NCBI RefSeq assembly: GCF_000002075.1
Contig: NW_004797812.1
Location: forward strand, 61,185 to 125,184
Length of the DNA stretch: 64,000 nt
Direction of reading: 5' to 3'
From: Aplysia californica
Taxonomy: Eukaryota
This document shows positions 48,847-61,457 of this stretch, one piece after another. Under the pieces are notes generated by a model. That model made no database searches and was not told the DNA's origin. It saw only the letters and a list, made by a program, of their open reading frames with translations. A program made the position numbers and the translations under genes. Numbering within the stretch: position 1 is the stretch's first letter; each line of letters starts with the position of its first letter.

Positions 48847-49348
48847 CCGTGAACGTACAGTTACCTCTAAAATGCGGGAAGACTCACAACAAATTGCCAC
48901 GTGTGTTCCTTTTTTTCTCTTAATGTAGCCGTTTTAAGTCGCCATTGTCACAATTTAGATCATTTAGGAGGCTTTCTTCGACTCGGAAAGCAAGAGCGAA
49001 CCGTGGCTAACAGGGATACAATTTCCCTGCTGAAAGACGGAGGCATTAATTTAAACAAAATATCCCCATATGTTAAGCCTAATCGAACACAGGTCTTCTG
49101 AGTGCGACTACGAAGCGCTTCACCTCTACACCAAGGACACCGTACGGGAATGGATCTGACGCCGTCTGTAGGAGGTGAAACAATGTCAAAATGTTGCTTA
49201 TGGACCCCANNNNNNNNNNNNNNNNNNNNNNNNNNNNNNNNNNNNNNNNNNNNNNNNNNNNNNNNNNNNNNNNNNNNNNNNNNNNNNNNNNNNNNNNNNN
49301 NNNNNNNNNNNNNNNNNNNNNNNNNNNNNNNNNNNNNNNNNNNNNNNN

Positions 49349-49770
49349 GTGGAAGAGGAAGAGGAGAGTGGAAGAAAGGAAGAGGGGAGTGGAAGGAAGG
49401 AAGAGGAGGGTGGAAGGAAGGAAGGAAGAGAAGAGTCGAAGGAAGGAAGGAAGGGAGAAGAAAGAGGAGAGTGGAAGGAAGGAAGAGGAGAGTAGAAGGA
49501 ATAAAGGGAGGAAGGAAAGAAGGAACAGGAGAGTGGAAGGAAAGCAGAAAAGAAAGAAAAGGAGAGTTGAAGGAAGGGAGGAAGCAAAGATGGGAGGAAG
49601 GAGGAAGAGGAGACTGGAATGAAGGAAGGAAGTTATGAAGGGAGGAAGGAAAGAATGGGAGAGTGGAAGGAAGGGAGAAGAAAGTAGAAGGGAGGAAGAA
49701 AGAGGAGAATGGAAGGAAGGAAGGCAGTAAGGAAGTAAGGAAGAAAGGAAGAGCAGAGTGGAAGGAAGAT
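49349..49770. repeat. (GGAA)n-like purine-rich low-complexity tract
   Basis: Directly visible. It accounts for the spurious E/G/K/R-rich ORFs. Confidence 0.95.
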
Positions 49771-52700
49771 ATTGTTGGTGAGGACCTTATAGTCCTATGA
49801 AAGACATTTCAGAAACTTTTTATTTACATTATTTGAAAATGAAGCCACAAATTTGTATCTTGTAATTTCTTTTGTCGCAAACAATGAACCACGCCAGCAC
49901 GCAGTTATTCCAAAACAAAACAAAACAAATCCAACAAAAAACAAAAAACAAAGCAAGTCAGCTGTATTAAAATCGAAGGTTTTCTTTGTAAAAGAAAGAT
50001 CTATCAAGAACCATGGAAAGAGAGAGCAACTAAATGAGACGAACATCTATCAGTTTGCTTGTTTCAGATAACGTGCCCCGCCCTGCTCTGCGGTTTTTTA
50101 AGAAAAAGTCTGCAGCTTGACGACATGTCCTGGTATTTCAAAGTAATGTGTCTTGTCTACCTTGAAACAACAAAAAAGAGTGCTTAATGTCAGTAGAAAC
50201 ATAAACGAAGGAGGGTAGAACACACGATTTGAAAGATCAATAATAGAATGCCATCTCGGTGTAGCGTTTAGACGCTTCGCTTTCGCACACAGAATGCCTG
50301 AGTTTGATTAACAAGAGGAAATCATTTTTATCAAGTTTCTCGTACTTTCTGCAGGGAAGCTGAATCACTTTCATCCCGGGTTAGCCTTAAGAGGCAGGGC
50401 CGGTCCCAGCCTCTGAAAGGTTTAAAATGTGTGTTGATGAGGGCGTAAAACACCTTCATTGAAAAAAAAAAATCATGACGTTTTGGAGATCCAGGTTAAG
50501 GATTTTCCCAAAAGACCTCATGCAAAGATAGATAAGAAATAGTGTAGAAAAATATTAAACTCTTTTTTAAATCTAAATTGGTAGACATGACTGTATTATG
50601 CCTTCAGAAGCTTTTGCCTCACAAAATGCTATTATAGGCCTACTTAGGTATTATTGCCTGAGAACGCAAAAGTCTGCTCATTTGACAACACCTGAAGAAG
50701 CGCTGGTTTAGGGAACTTTTAAAAAGAAGAACAATTTCGTCCTTCATACAGATTATTCAATTTTATGTTGTGAAAAACTAAGAAGGCAACAACTACGTGA
50801 ATATTACGAAAGATGTGCACTCCTGTTCCTGATCTGTGTATGATGGTTCAAAATGTGCTGCAACATTGCTCTTTGCAGGATGCTGACCGGACATTTTGTC
50901 GGCAATCTGTTAAAATGTACTATTATATGCCCAAAAAGCAAAATGTTGTAGGAGAAGAGACCGGTACGGTTTCGGTTTAGCGTTACTGCCATTCAAAAGA
51001 CTTATAATATTAACGTCCATATCTGTTTGCACTAAGCTAAATAGATGGAGAGCCATGTGTAGCGCCTTGGTCGCACAACTCCAACGTGTAAACTAGTCTA
51101 GGTTAGAATATTGTTGTTTTAGTATTAATGCGCACATATGCATAAAAGGCTTGTGAAAAAAATAATAATTTTGTCAGTACTGAGTTCACTACTCGACGTC
51201 CTGTGAATTTACTACACATGGAAAGCCTCCTAACAACTCAAACTCAGGAACGCTCCGGTGGAACCGTAGGCATTTGCGCGGTCGGGCAAGCCTTCATTCA
51301 TTTGCTCTCGCATTCACGTCCTACTTTGCACAGTCTTCAGTTTCTATACACTTTAAAAGATAGCAGCTTTCAATCCCCCTCCCACCCCATTCCCCAATAA
51401 AAAAGATACATACAAACACAACATGTTGCCCCACCCCCTCTCAAAAATCTCGATTAACGTTTCTTTACTGAAATAATGTTATTACACCTTTGAGCGGGGC
51501 GACAAGGGAATGGCGGGGAGAGGGGGGGCGGGGGAGAAACCCTTATTCAATAAAGAGTTGCATAATAATATTATCATCTTAGACCTACACTGTCATGGCC
51601 GCAGCTCTTTGATCGCTATAAAAACTTTGCTGCAAAACATGCCCAACCATAGACGCCAAAATAAAGGGCAAACTCCAGTCTAGCTGTAGTCCAGTCCCTC
51701 CTCCCTTCCACCTTTGCCTTTCATTTGGCCACATATTAAGTCAAATGGTACATTCAGATNNNNNNNNNNNNNNNNNNNNNNNNNNNNNNNNNNNNNNNNN
51801 NNNNNNNNNNNNNNNNNNNNNNNNNNNNNNNNNNNNNNNNNNNNNNNNNNNNNNNNNNNNNNNNNNNNNNNNNNNNNNNNNNNNNNNNNNNNNNNNNNNN
51901 GTGTTTGTTTGCTTATTTGTGAGAGTGTTCAGAACATTACCTTGTACCTTGTAGTTTGCTTGACTTTGTTAAGGTACCGTAGGAAAACGACTTCATTTCC
52001 TAAAAAGGAAATGTATAGTGTATCCGTACGACCTCTTCTGTTGACTCTGCTTTTGCAGAAGGAAAGGCTTCCATCGACACTTCTTCACTGGGTGGGTTAG
52101 ACGTGCGCAAAATAATTTTTTTTACCCCCCGGGGCGGTGCGACTGACTGAAGTGTCTTTAGGCCATTCCCCCCAAAAAAAAGAGGGGGGGGGGGGAGGAC
52201 ATTAACATCTCGAGTTCTTATGCAGAGTAGAATTCTAATTGCAAATGGGTATGGATCATGTTCAAAACTGTGCCTGAACTGCAACAGGCAACTGCTGCTT
52301 TTTCTCTCTTAATCCTTACTATCGTCATTTATCCTCTACTACTTTGGTATGTTTGTCACACTTTTTGTGACCAGCTATTTCCAGGGTGCCTTGATAATCG
52401 AAGCAGACTTTGTGCTGTTGAAGCTAGAGAGGTGAGCAGAGTAAGTCTGATTCCCTGTAAGGACTTCTCTATTGATATCCGCCCCTTGGCGCTCATACGA
52501 CCTTATGCAGTTGCGAGCGCCGTAAAACCTCTACTAATACAAACAAAACAAACATTTTTTCCATCAGATTCAGGAAGGGGAGTAAGCTATACCGTTATAA
52601 GATGTGAGATAAATGTGGTAATTCCCCTTACCTGGTAAATCAGATTTTTTGGGAGGGATTTGTAGAAGGTTCGTGGAATTTAAAAGGCACACATTATTCA

Positions 52701-53640
52701 CCCCTCCCCCCAACCACACACACACACACACACACTCAAATACAAACAAATAAACACACTCATACACACGCACATACAAACTCATACACCCAAGAGCACG
52801 CGCGCAAAACCAACAACTTCAGAAACAGCAGTGTGGTGAAAATACAACAACATTGAAGCTGTTTTAGAAATAGTTCAACCCCCTAGACATGAATACTTTA
52901 ATCGAAGAGTGGGTAATTGTCGACGTGGTCAGATTAAAAAAGGAGTTAAGCAGATAGAGACGATAAACCATGACAATAATCAGATGAGTACGTTTACGCA
53001 TAGATTCTGTCGTATTTTGCTCAATCAAAAGAGTAATTGTGCATGTTAGGGCAAAACAATTGAAGTGTGAAGCTCCATCCTCCACTATAAATTAGTGCAA
53101 GGTTATTTAAGAGACGGGACCTGAAATTTAACGTCCATCGCCTATAGGACCATTCGAAATGGGCGGTGAGCCTTAAGAACTCCCCGAAATAGCCCAATAT
53201 CAGAACGACCGGTTGGGAGTTCGACCCAGGGCGACCTGCTCCATAGTCCAGCAAGATACTAATTGATCTAACAGCGTCATCATCGGAGTGAGAAATTACT
53301 GATGAGCATCAAGCACAGAGAAAACGGAGAGGGTGCACTGAGAATAATAATATTCTAGAGCATAGACATGTAGGAGTGTAGATATGCGTGAGTTTGGGAC
53401 TGGAAATCAAATTCATCCGTTTGAAGTTCACAAACTTCAAAATCAGAAGTATGACCTTCATACCTGCCGAACTTTTAAATTCTCACTCTGCAAGTTTTCG
53501 TAATTTAGATCATATATGTGATATAGTTCTCGTACTTCACCCAAGTAATAAATAGCATGTTCAATGGTGGTAATCTAACTTTTTTTAAATACCCTATGGG
53601 CTGACCCAAACAACGATGACGTTGAGAACGAGTATCTTAA

Positions 53641-54745
53641 GGGGGGTGGGGGGGGGGGGGTTACACCTGAAGGCTATCTCTCTTATTACTTTACCGAATT
53701 TGACCAAATTTCACACATATAACAAGCATAGTAAGGAGTCTTGAAATCTGCAATCAAATTTGAGAAAAAGTTTCGTTTCCATAATAATAAATAATAAATA
53801 ATGGATTGCATTTATATAGCGCATATCCACTTATGCAATGCTCTATGCGCTTAACATGATACATATAATGGATTTACAAATCAATTTTAAGGGTACATAG
53901 TGTTACATACTCATGTAAACACATATTCACTCATGCACGCACCACACACACATACATACTCACATACACACATACGTACATATGCACATACGCACATACA
54001 AACTCACAACGATCTACAGCTTGGATGCATTCTGTCTAATCGAAATATGATGAAAATAGAAATGATTTTAGTTTCTTCTGAAAAATTTCTAGATTTTCTG
54101 CTTCTCTGATAGTTTTTGGAAGCCTATTCCAAACAAGTATCCATGGATACGGCGTCCATATTGGACTTTGTTGACATGTCTTATGTAATGAATACCGCAC
54201 TTATCGCTCCTGGAAATTGAATGTTTTTTTTGCATGCGTGTTAACAAACATTAGATCTAAAAATTTGTCTGTTGTTTTTTTTCCTAAACGAATGAGAAAT
54301 TTTTTTATGAATTTTTTCCTGAGGTAGCATTCAAGTTTTCAAAAAATCCGTAAAAATCCACACTCCAGACACCACCAACAAAAATCTATTCGATATATCA
54401 AAAATTCAACAAACACATTTTTAGTATTGTATCTTCTCTTCATTCTGTGAAAATTACATGAAGATTGGATAAAAAATGGTGGAGTTATTTTTTTTTTAAG
54501 TATAGAGAAAACTTGCGTTTTGAGAAATCGGCCGATAGAGAAAAATAAAATACTGACTTTATGAGGAAATGGCGGTGACAAACATGCACGGTATGGGGAA
54601 AAATACCGTTTTTGGGGGTTCTTATGTGATGAAATAGTTGTAGAAAAGGCTGAGGAAGCTAAAAATGCCTACAACTCAAATTCCGTAATTTTGAGCCCAA
54701 TTTTGACTTTGGGGGTGTAGCCCCCCGCCCCCCCCCCCCCCCCCC
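53641..54745 (+). mobile_element. Kolobok-like MITE, copy 2, with nested L2 fragment
   Basis: TTAA at 53637-40 followed by poly-G TTACACC. Collinear with 19984-20697 except for the insert at 53783-54139. Ends GGTGTAG-poly C. Confidence 0.9.
53783..54139 (-). mobile_element. 3' end of an L2/CR1-group LINE
   Basis: Minus strand encodes WNRLPKTIREAENLEIFQKKLKSFLFSSYFD* (stop at 54036-38), then a 3' UTR ending GCGCATAGAGC...GATATGCGCTATATAAATGC-(ATT/ATTT)n. Flanked by TCCAT direct repeats (53778-82, 54140-44). Confidence 0.88.
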
Positions 54746-55082
54746 TAAAGACACAAATATTAATAAGGTGGCACAATCTAAAGGTGCACCAGCCGGACAA
54801 AGCCCTCAGAGGCAGTCTAAAAATAACAATCTCAGACCAGTTCACGATAGCTTAAACAATTCAATGCCGCATCATGATCTGTTCGGAGCAAACCACAGGA
54901 GTGCTCACAATGATATGCGATTGGCCCATTGTCTTGCCATTTATATCTGTAGCCCCTCGTCTGTAATCCTGAACTTGAGCGTGGTCAACATGGCGTGATT
55001 AGGTTACTGTGTTAAAAGAGCCTTACTTGGAATGGTGAAGTGGTGAAAGCTTTTTTACTTGAGTGTGTAATTCCAATGCAGG

Positions 55083-55660
55083 ATGAATGAAGTTGATATT
55101 TTGCTTGCAAATAAATCCAGTTTTCTAAATCGAAGTGACAAGAAGAGGGTGAAAGAATTAGGACCTCACCAACCCAAAGATATCAAATTAATACAACCAA
55201 CAAAAAGGTGCATTTGTGTTTTTGATTACGGTCAGCGTCAGCAAACACCCATTGTGCAGTTTCTACTGCCTGCTATTTGGGGCACTAGGGACGCCAAGTG
55301 GTCAAAGACAGTTTTTACTGATCTTGTCCATGCGAAACAAAGCATTAAAGACACGAAAACCAAGTGTGCAAGTCAACAATGCCATTAAGTATGACACTTT
55401 CCAACTACTTGAAGACGTCATCTCATTGCAACGTCTCACTATAACGAACGTTCGGTGTAAGTTTATCGAATGTATTTTGTTCTGTGAAACTCATGAACTC
55501 GCCCTTTGCAGTTATGGAAAAGGCGATTTGTCGGGGAACAGAGATACCTTTCTTGATTTACTGCACAGAGTACGCTAACACTGACAGGATACTGTTTGAT
55601 TGTCTGCAAAGCACTACCATTGCAAAATATACTTCCAAAATAATTTAAAACGAACTGTAG
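55083..55660 (+). mobile_element. hAT transposase relic (ZMYM1/DUF4371-like)
   Basis: Frameshifted motifs KELGPHQP, C.FYCLLFG, WSKT.FTDL, IECILFC..HELAL..Y....SGN..TFLDLL and SKII*NEL. May extend to about 56350. Confidence 0.7.
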
Positions 55661-57835
55661 GACTGTATTTCCAAAATATACTACGAAGAATTGAATAAAG
55701 ACATATTATGCTTTGCCAACTTTCCTTCTATTCAGGCTGACAAAGCAACTCATGCAGGTCATTAGTCACATGTTTTTAAAAATCATTCTGAGGCATATTA
55801 AGGGGATCCACGACCCAGATCAGTAAAAAAAAAAATTCAGACTGAGGACTGAGACGATAATACTACCCACGAAGCGTGTCGTCTCCTGAATGTATTGAAG
55901 AGCGATACATTTCTCTTCTTTTTGCACGTTTTAACAAAGTGTTAACGCACGCTGGCATTTTGTATGAGATCCCCCAACAGAGAATTACAAACGCTTATAG
56001 CAGCCCAACAAGATCTAGACACATTTAAAACAGCCGTCGTGGAAACTAGAAACAGTATGAGTGTTCCATCTACAAGTCAGACCACAGAGGAAAACACTTC
56101 CAAGAGACGCAGACCTCAAACACCAACGAAATTGCTGCACAGGAGGCCTATGACATAAAAGTTAACAAAACTTCTGAACTTTCCTAGAAGCAAATTGAAA
56201 TCCATACACTATCAATCGTCGGCCGCTCCAAATTCCAGGACTATCAAAAGTCGTTTCCTACAATTCTTTTGGATCCTATAGCAGAAAGCTACCCTGTTTT
56301 AGTAAAAAATCAAGTTACAAACAAAATTAGATATATTATATTGCAATGAAACATTTAAGTCTGCTCAGTGTCGTATAATCCAGGGCCTTTATTCAACCTT
56401 GAAGAAAAGTATACACAATCCTTGAAATCGCAGTGACGTTTATGTCGATCCATAAAGGCATCATTGACGGCATCCCCAACTTTGTTAACAGAATAATGGA
56501 CACCTTTGCAGCAGAAAAAGAACGTACTGTAGACTTCTTCTTCAAGTAGATTTTCTCCAAACAGGTAGAATGAAGAAGACATCTCATTTACCATGCTCTT
56601 GTCTATCTTCAACCTGCTTTAAGTTTATTGTGCACGCCCACTTTTTAGACCCACGAGCCACCACTGGTGCTGTCCATGACATTATGCAGTCGTTATTAGT
56701 AGTCTTTGTCTTGGGACTACCCTCGTCCCTTAAGGCTTACCTTCTAATATTTATTTGTGAAGTATGGTGTGTATCTATTATTACCAAGGAGCTAGGTTGC
56801 TTTTTAGTTCTGACTTGTCCAGACTTTGGACGTTTAAACTGTCTTGAGTCTATGGCACACGCATTTTTCATTGATCAGCCATCTCCGAGTACCACCCCTC
56901 CCCGTCCCAGTGGGATGTGGATATGGGAAGGTCATCTTTGCCGGAGAGCCATCCAGCTAACAAAGAAAAGAGAAGATTCGGAAATGATTACAACAGTGAA
57001 ATTTTCTACAATTATAACACCATCAATTCGTAATTATTTCTAATGAATATGACATATAGACTTTCTTTATCTCTTTTAATCTACTGGCACAAAGAATGTA
57101 GTATTACCTCAGAACTTAAAAGTTCATTATCATAACGATTCACCCAGACACCCTCCAATTATTTAGACTGCCAAAATGTCAGAATGTTTCTAATTGATTT
57201 TGTTTCCAGTATTTTTAGTAACGAAAGCAGGTGTGATAAGTAGTCCAACGGATGGTACGTTTGTCTCACTAATTTTTTTTTGGTAACAATTACAATATTC
57301 AAGTAGAATATCTTAACTAGATGTAACTGAGAGCGGTACATTATTGTTGACTTAAACTTAAAACTAATGATTTCTACTTGCATTTTCCTTTTCCCCGGTG
57401 CTGTCTTCGAAAATGAAGACTGAGGATTGATATTTTAATGGTCATGTTTGTTAAAATACTGCTATATATTATTCCATTCGACAATCATGTCATGATCTTC
57501 TTTGTGAAGTAAATGATGTACGAAGGTCACTTTTGATACAAAGAACTTTGTTTCCGACTATATCGTCCCACTTTTACACTTAACGTTGCGTTCTTTAGTA
57601 ACTCTGAGAACTTAAGAACCGGAGGCTAAAGACCTTGCTCAGACTGAGCGTGTTGAGTTGCAACAAAAGAGTGCTATTGAAGGTACTCGCTGTCTCTCAA
57701 AGATATGAGATACTGTTATTGTACCTCCGACTTTATAACGGCTATATTTTGATTTGAATCAGGTCTGATCTTCGACGTGATACGTCTTACTCCTGAATTG
57801 TTCCATAAATTAAAGAGACGTTTTCAGAGGTAACC

Positions 57836-58975
57836 ATGGCTACTGACAATATGACCAAAGTAGAAGGTGATGTCCCTGCGAGGGAGGCGACTCTTCCTGG
57901 TCTTATCAGCGATGACGTGTTTCACCATGTGTCAGTGTTCCAGCACTGGCTGACCACGATCATCGCATTCACTGGACTGACTACCAACAGTCTCAACGTT
58001 TGCATCTTCCTCATGATGGGACTCCGTGATCCAGTTACTGTATCGCTTTTCTTTTTGTCCCTTTCAGACTTATGTGCTTTTCTCTTTATCGGATACATTT
58101 GCGTGATAAGGTTCCTGAACATCTATGGGGACACATCTACAACGGCTGCGAGCCCTACCCTAACCATGTATGTCTTTATGTTCTTCGCTCCGTTTTACAA
58201 CATGTCTTTATTCACCAACACCTACATTGCAGTAGCCAGGTGTTGTTGTGTTACAAAGGCTTTACAATTTAGACTTCTATTTTCGCTTCGTCGCACATAC
58301 ATTGTGAAAGGGATTTTAGCTGTAGTCAGTTTTGCCATGGGTCTACCTATGATTTCCACGCAAGAACTGCGTTGGTGGTCAGCAAATACGACAATTCCAG
58401 CTCGTCTGATTCTTGTGCGAAAATCTGGGTACAGCAAAGCCAGAGCTTTCCATGACCTCGTCAATGGAAACGTTATCTTGTACACCTGTGTTTTTATTTC
58501 CCTCATCTGTGTTGTCTCTTTGATCCGGAAATTAAAAAAGCAGTCGCATTTCCGCAACAAGAACTCCTCCACAGCCAGGTCAACTTCGACGACAAAATCG
58601 TCAATAACATATTCAACACAAGCGCTTCAAAACAACTACACGAAAAATACTAATGACCACACCAAAAAAGCGGACAATTCGACCCTTAACGCAAATGAGA
58701 TACAAGTGGTGAAGTTGGTCACACTCGTAACGGCCATTTTCGTTACCTCCCGGTTCTACCCCATTATCATTTTCACTGTACGAAGTGTAGTGTCAGAATT
58801 TGACATCGGAAAGCGATACAACAATATTTTTTTCGTAAGCAATAACTTGGGGACCTTCTGTACTTACTTGAGCCCCGCTCTGAACACCCTCGTCTACAAC
58901 AAGTTCAGCTCAAAGTATCGGGAGTTGGTGAAGACTCTTTGCTTCTCTCGCTTCCTGGATAGCACCTCTAAGTGA
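57836..58975 (+). CDS. intronless rhodopsin-class GPCR, chemosensory-receptor-A-like (paralog 3, 379 aa)
   Basis: Same motifs (LSLSDL, YIAVARCCCV, NTLVYNKFSSKYRE), ACCATGG start and an intact frame. Confidence 0.93.
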   Translation: MATDNMTKVEGDVPAREATLPGLISDDVFHHVSVFQHWLTTIIAFTGLTTNSLNVCIFLMMGLRDPVTVSLFFLSLSDLCAFLFIGYICVIRFLNIYGDTSTTAASPTLTMYVFMFFAPFYNMSLFTNTYIAVARCCCVTKALQFRLLFSLRRTYIVKGILAVVSFAMGLPMISTQELRWWSANTTIPARLILVRKSGYSKARAFHDLVNGNVILYTCVFISLICVVSLIRKLKKQSHFRNKNSSTARSTSTTKSSITYSTQALQNNYTKNTNDHTKKADNSTLNANEIQVVKLVTLVTAIFVTSRFYPIIIFTVRSVVSEFDIGKRYNNIFFVSNNLGTFCTYLSPALNTLVYNKFSSKYRELVKTLCFSRFLDSTSK

Positions 58976-59741
58976 TAACACCAATTCTAGAGAAAGCCCT
59001 CTGAAAGACACTGGACTGGCGGCATAGAATCTCAACGTTATTCGTTTTTCGAAAAATGGGGTGGGGGGTGATTTCTGTTTTGTTTGTTTGTTTGTTTGTT
59101 TTTTCTCTTTTTTTTTCAAAGTTAACATCAGAAACAGACAGGATGAAAGTCATTTCGCTGGACCTGAATTTGATTCCCACGAGGTGGGAGGAAATTTTCT
59201 AGCAGGGACAACAACACCGCATTAAAACCTCACACTTTATAAATGACTATCAAACTCCTTCGTGTTGATCTAACTCGAAATTGACTGAGCGACAACAGTC
59301 ATAAAACTGTTATCTCCAAGAATAAAATTATTTCTTTCATCCGAAGTCAGTCTGGATTGACCAGTCTCAATAATAGATTAAGCTGTCTTATCAAGGTATT
59401 ATGTACCTGGTTCCGAAGGGTGTGCTTATGTTCAAGAAGGTGCTTTATAAGTCCATTACGTTTTAAAACCGTTTTACGCCTCCATGACTTGCTACTTCCA
59501 CCTTGCTTCGCAAGACCAACCAGGCTGTTTGAAATACAACATTCCAAGACAGAGAATGAGTTGCACACGACGATTAGATGTCTCCACTTGGGACTTTAAC
59601 ATATTATTTTCTGCTAGCAATGACATGAAAGCACAAGCACGGTCGGTTCCAAAAGTCCAGAAAAGTCATGCATCTACGAGTATATAGTCACGACAAAAAG
59701 CACAGTGAAAAATAAACTAATTAGGGTTTGGTTTGTTTCTG

Positions 59742-60665
59742 GGATAACGTCAGAGGGACTCAAGGAATGGTTCGAGATAACATCCGGAGTAAGACAAAGT
59801 TGGGCCCTATCACCATTACTCATTACCATATATATGGATATAATTACAAAAGAGGCCAACACAGAACCAGACGCCCTAAATGAATTACTCTTTGCTGACG
59901 ACCAAAGCCTGGCACACAAAGATGAACAATGTCTCCAACACCACACCACCATATAAAACGAAGAATGTAACATCAACAAAACAGAGACAACGAAAATAAG
60001 CAGAAATCCAGGACCACTCAGGATGCACATCAACAACAACAGTCTCAGACTGTTTCAAGAATTTAAGTTCCTCGGAAGTATATTCACAGAGGATGGGAGA
60101 CTGAACGGATCAATTGAAACATGAGTACAAAAGGCCAATAATGTTAGTTACCAGCTTGCTCCACTTCTGAAACATCCTAAAATCCCCATGACAACAAAAC
60201 TCAAAATGATCAGCATCATATTCACCCCTACACTCAACTATTAATGGCAAACATGGACCACGAACAAGACACTGGAGCAAAGAAAAACAACATGTGAAAT
60301 GCGATGTCTTAGAAAAGCAGTAAACAAGACCAGGCAAGACAAAATTAGAAACTCAGTAGTCAGAGAAATGGTGCGCACAAAATAATGATGTCATGCATCA
60401 CATCCAACACCAAAGAATCAAATGGTTTGGACATCTCATGCGATTACCAACACGCCATCCAGCACAACGTGTGTACATAAAAAAAAATCAATGACAACAA
60501 GGCTAAAGCTTGAGGGCGACCGAGAAAGACCTAGATAGATGGAGTCAGGGAAATACTAACAGCTCATGGCATCCCTCTGAACCAAGCTCCCCGGCTAGTG
60601 ACAGAGAGACATGTCTTTCTTCCCGCGACACCCAAAGGTGTATAAGCGGCGGATAAAAGTAAAGT
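59742..60665 (+). mobile_element. 5'-truncated RTE-type LINE with 10-bp TSD
   Basis: RT motifs GVRQ..ALSPLL...YMD and LLFADDQ, with an (AAAGT)n tail. TSD TTTGTTTCTG at 59732-41 and 60666-75. Absent from the paralogous flank near 46405. Confidence 0.9.
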
Positions 60666-61370
60666 TTTGTTTCTGTCGTTGTTGCAATAGGACTGATGAG
60701 TTCAACCAAAGATTTTTTACTCTAAGTTGGTTTTATCTGTGAAAAAGAGCTCTCCGAAATCTAAATCTACGTGCAATAACATAGTGGTTAACGTTCTCAC
60801 GGATAAAACAACTTCGTGATCCGGATCTGGCCCCAGAAGTTCAGTAGTCAGTTTTAGATTACCCACAAAGACCTGAACATTTTAAAAACAAATCTTGATA
60901 GCTCCAAATTTCCTGCCTCGCACAGCTTTTACCTAAAGAAACGAAAGTCAGGCACAGGTTGGTGCATTCTATAACTCTCTAGTTTCACATTGATTAAGAT
61001 AGACAATTATGGGGGCTACAACCTAAGCATCACCAAAATAAGCAAGGGGAGAAAAGAACTATACTGAAGTGTGACGGCAGCTAAGAAATAAACTTTTACT
61101 AAGAGATTACTTTTCCATCTGTGATAGCATCTGAATGCAATGAAATGTTGTGCCACGATCAGAACGAAATCAAAGTACATTGTATGTTGAAAATTCGTTT
61201 TGTATTTTGACGTCATGATAGTAAGACTTAATGGCGTTCTCGGGTGTGTGCGGTGAGGAGACTGCATTAAAAGAAGTGGCAATTCCTTTATTACGTAAGA
61301 ACCTTATAAAGTTATGGAAATATATTATGGGTTGTATTCCTTTTTTTGGTTGTGCCTTGTTCCCGTGTAC

Positions 61371-61457
<87 letters not shown>

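Noticed and set aside
11371-58975. Idea that the calcitonin-like peptide and the neighbouring GPCRs form a ligand-receptor module
   Set aside because: Calcitonin-family peptides act on class B (secretin-type) receptors with a large Cys-rich ectodomain and many introns. These three are short-N-terminus, intronless class A-like receptors. Proximity alone is not evidence.
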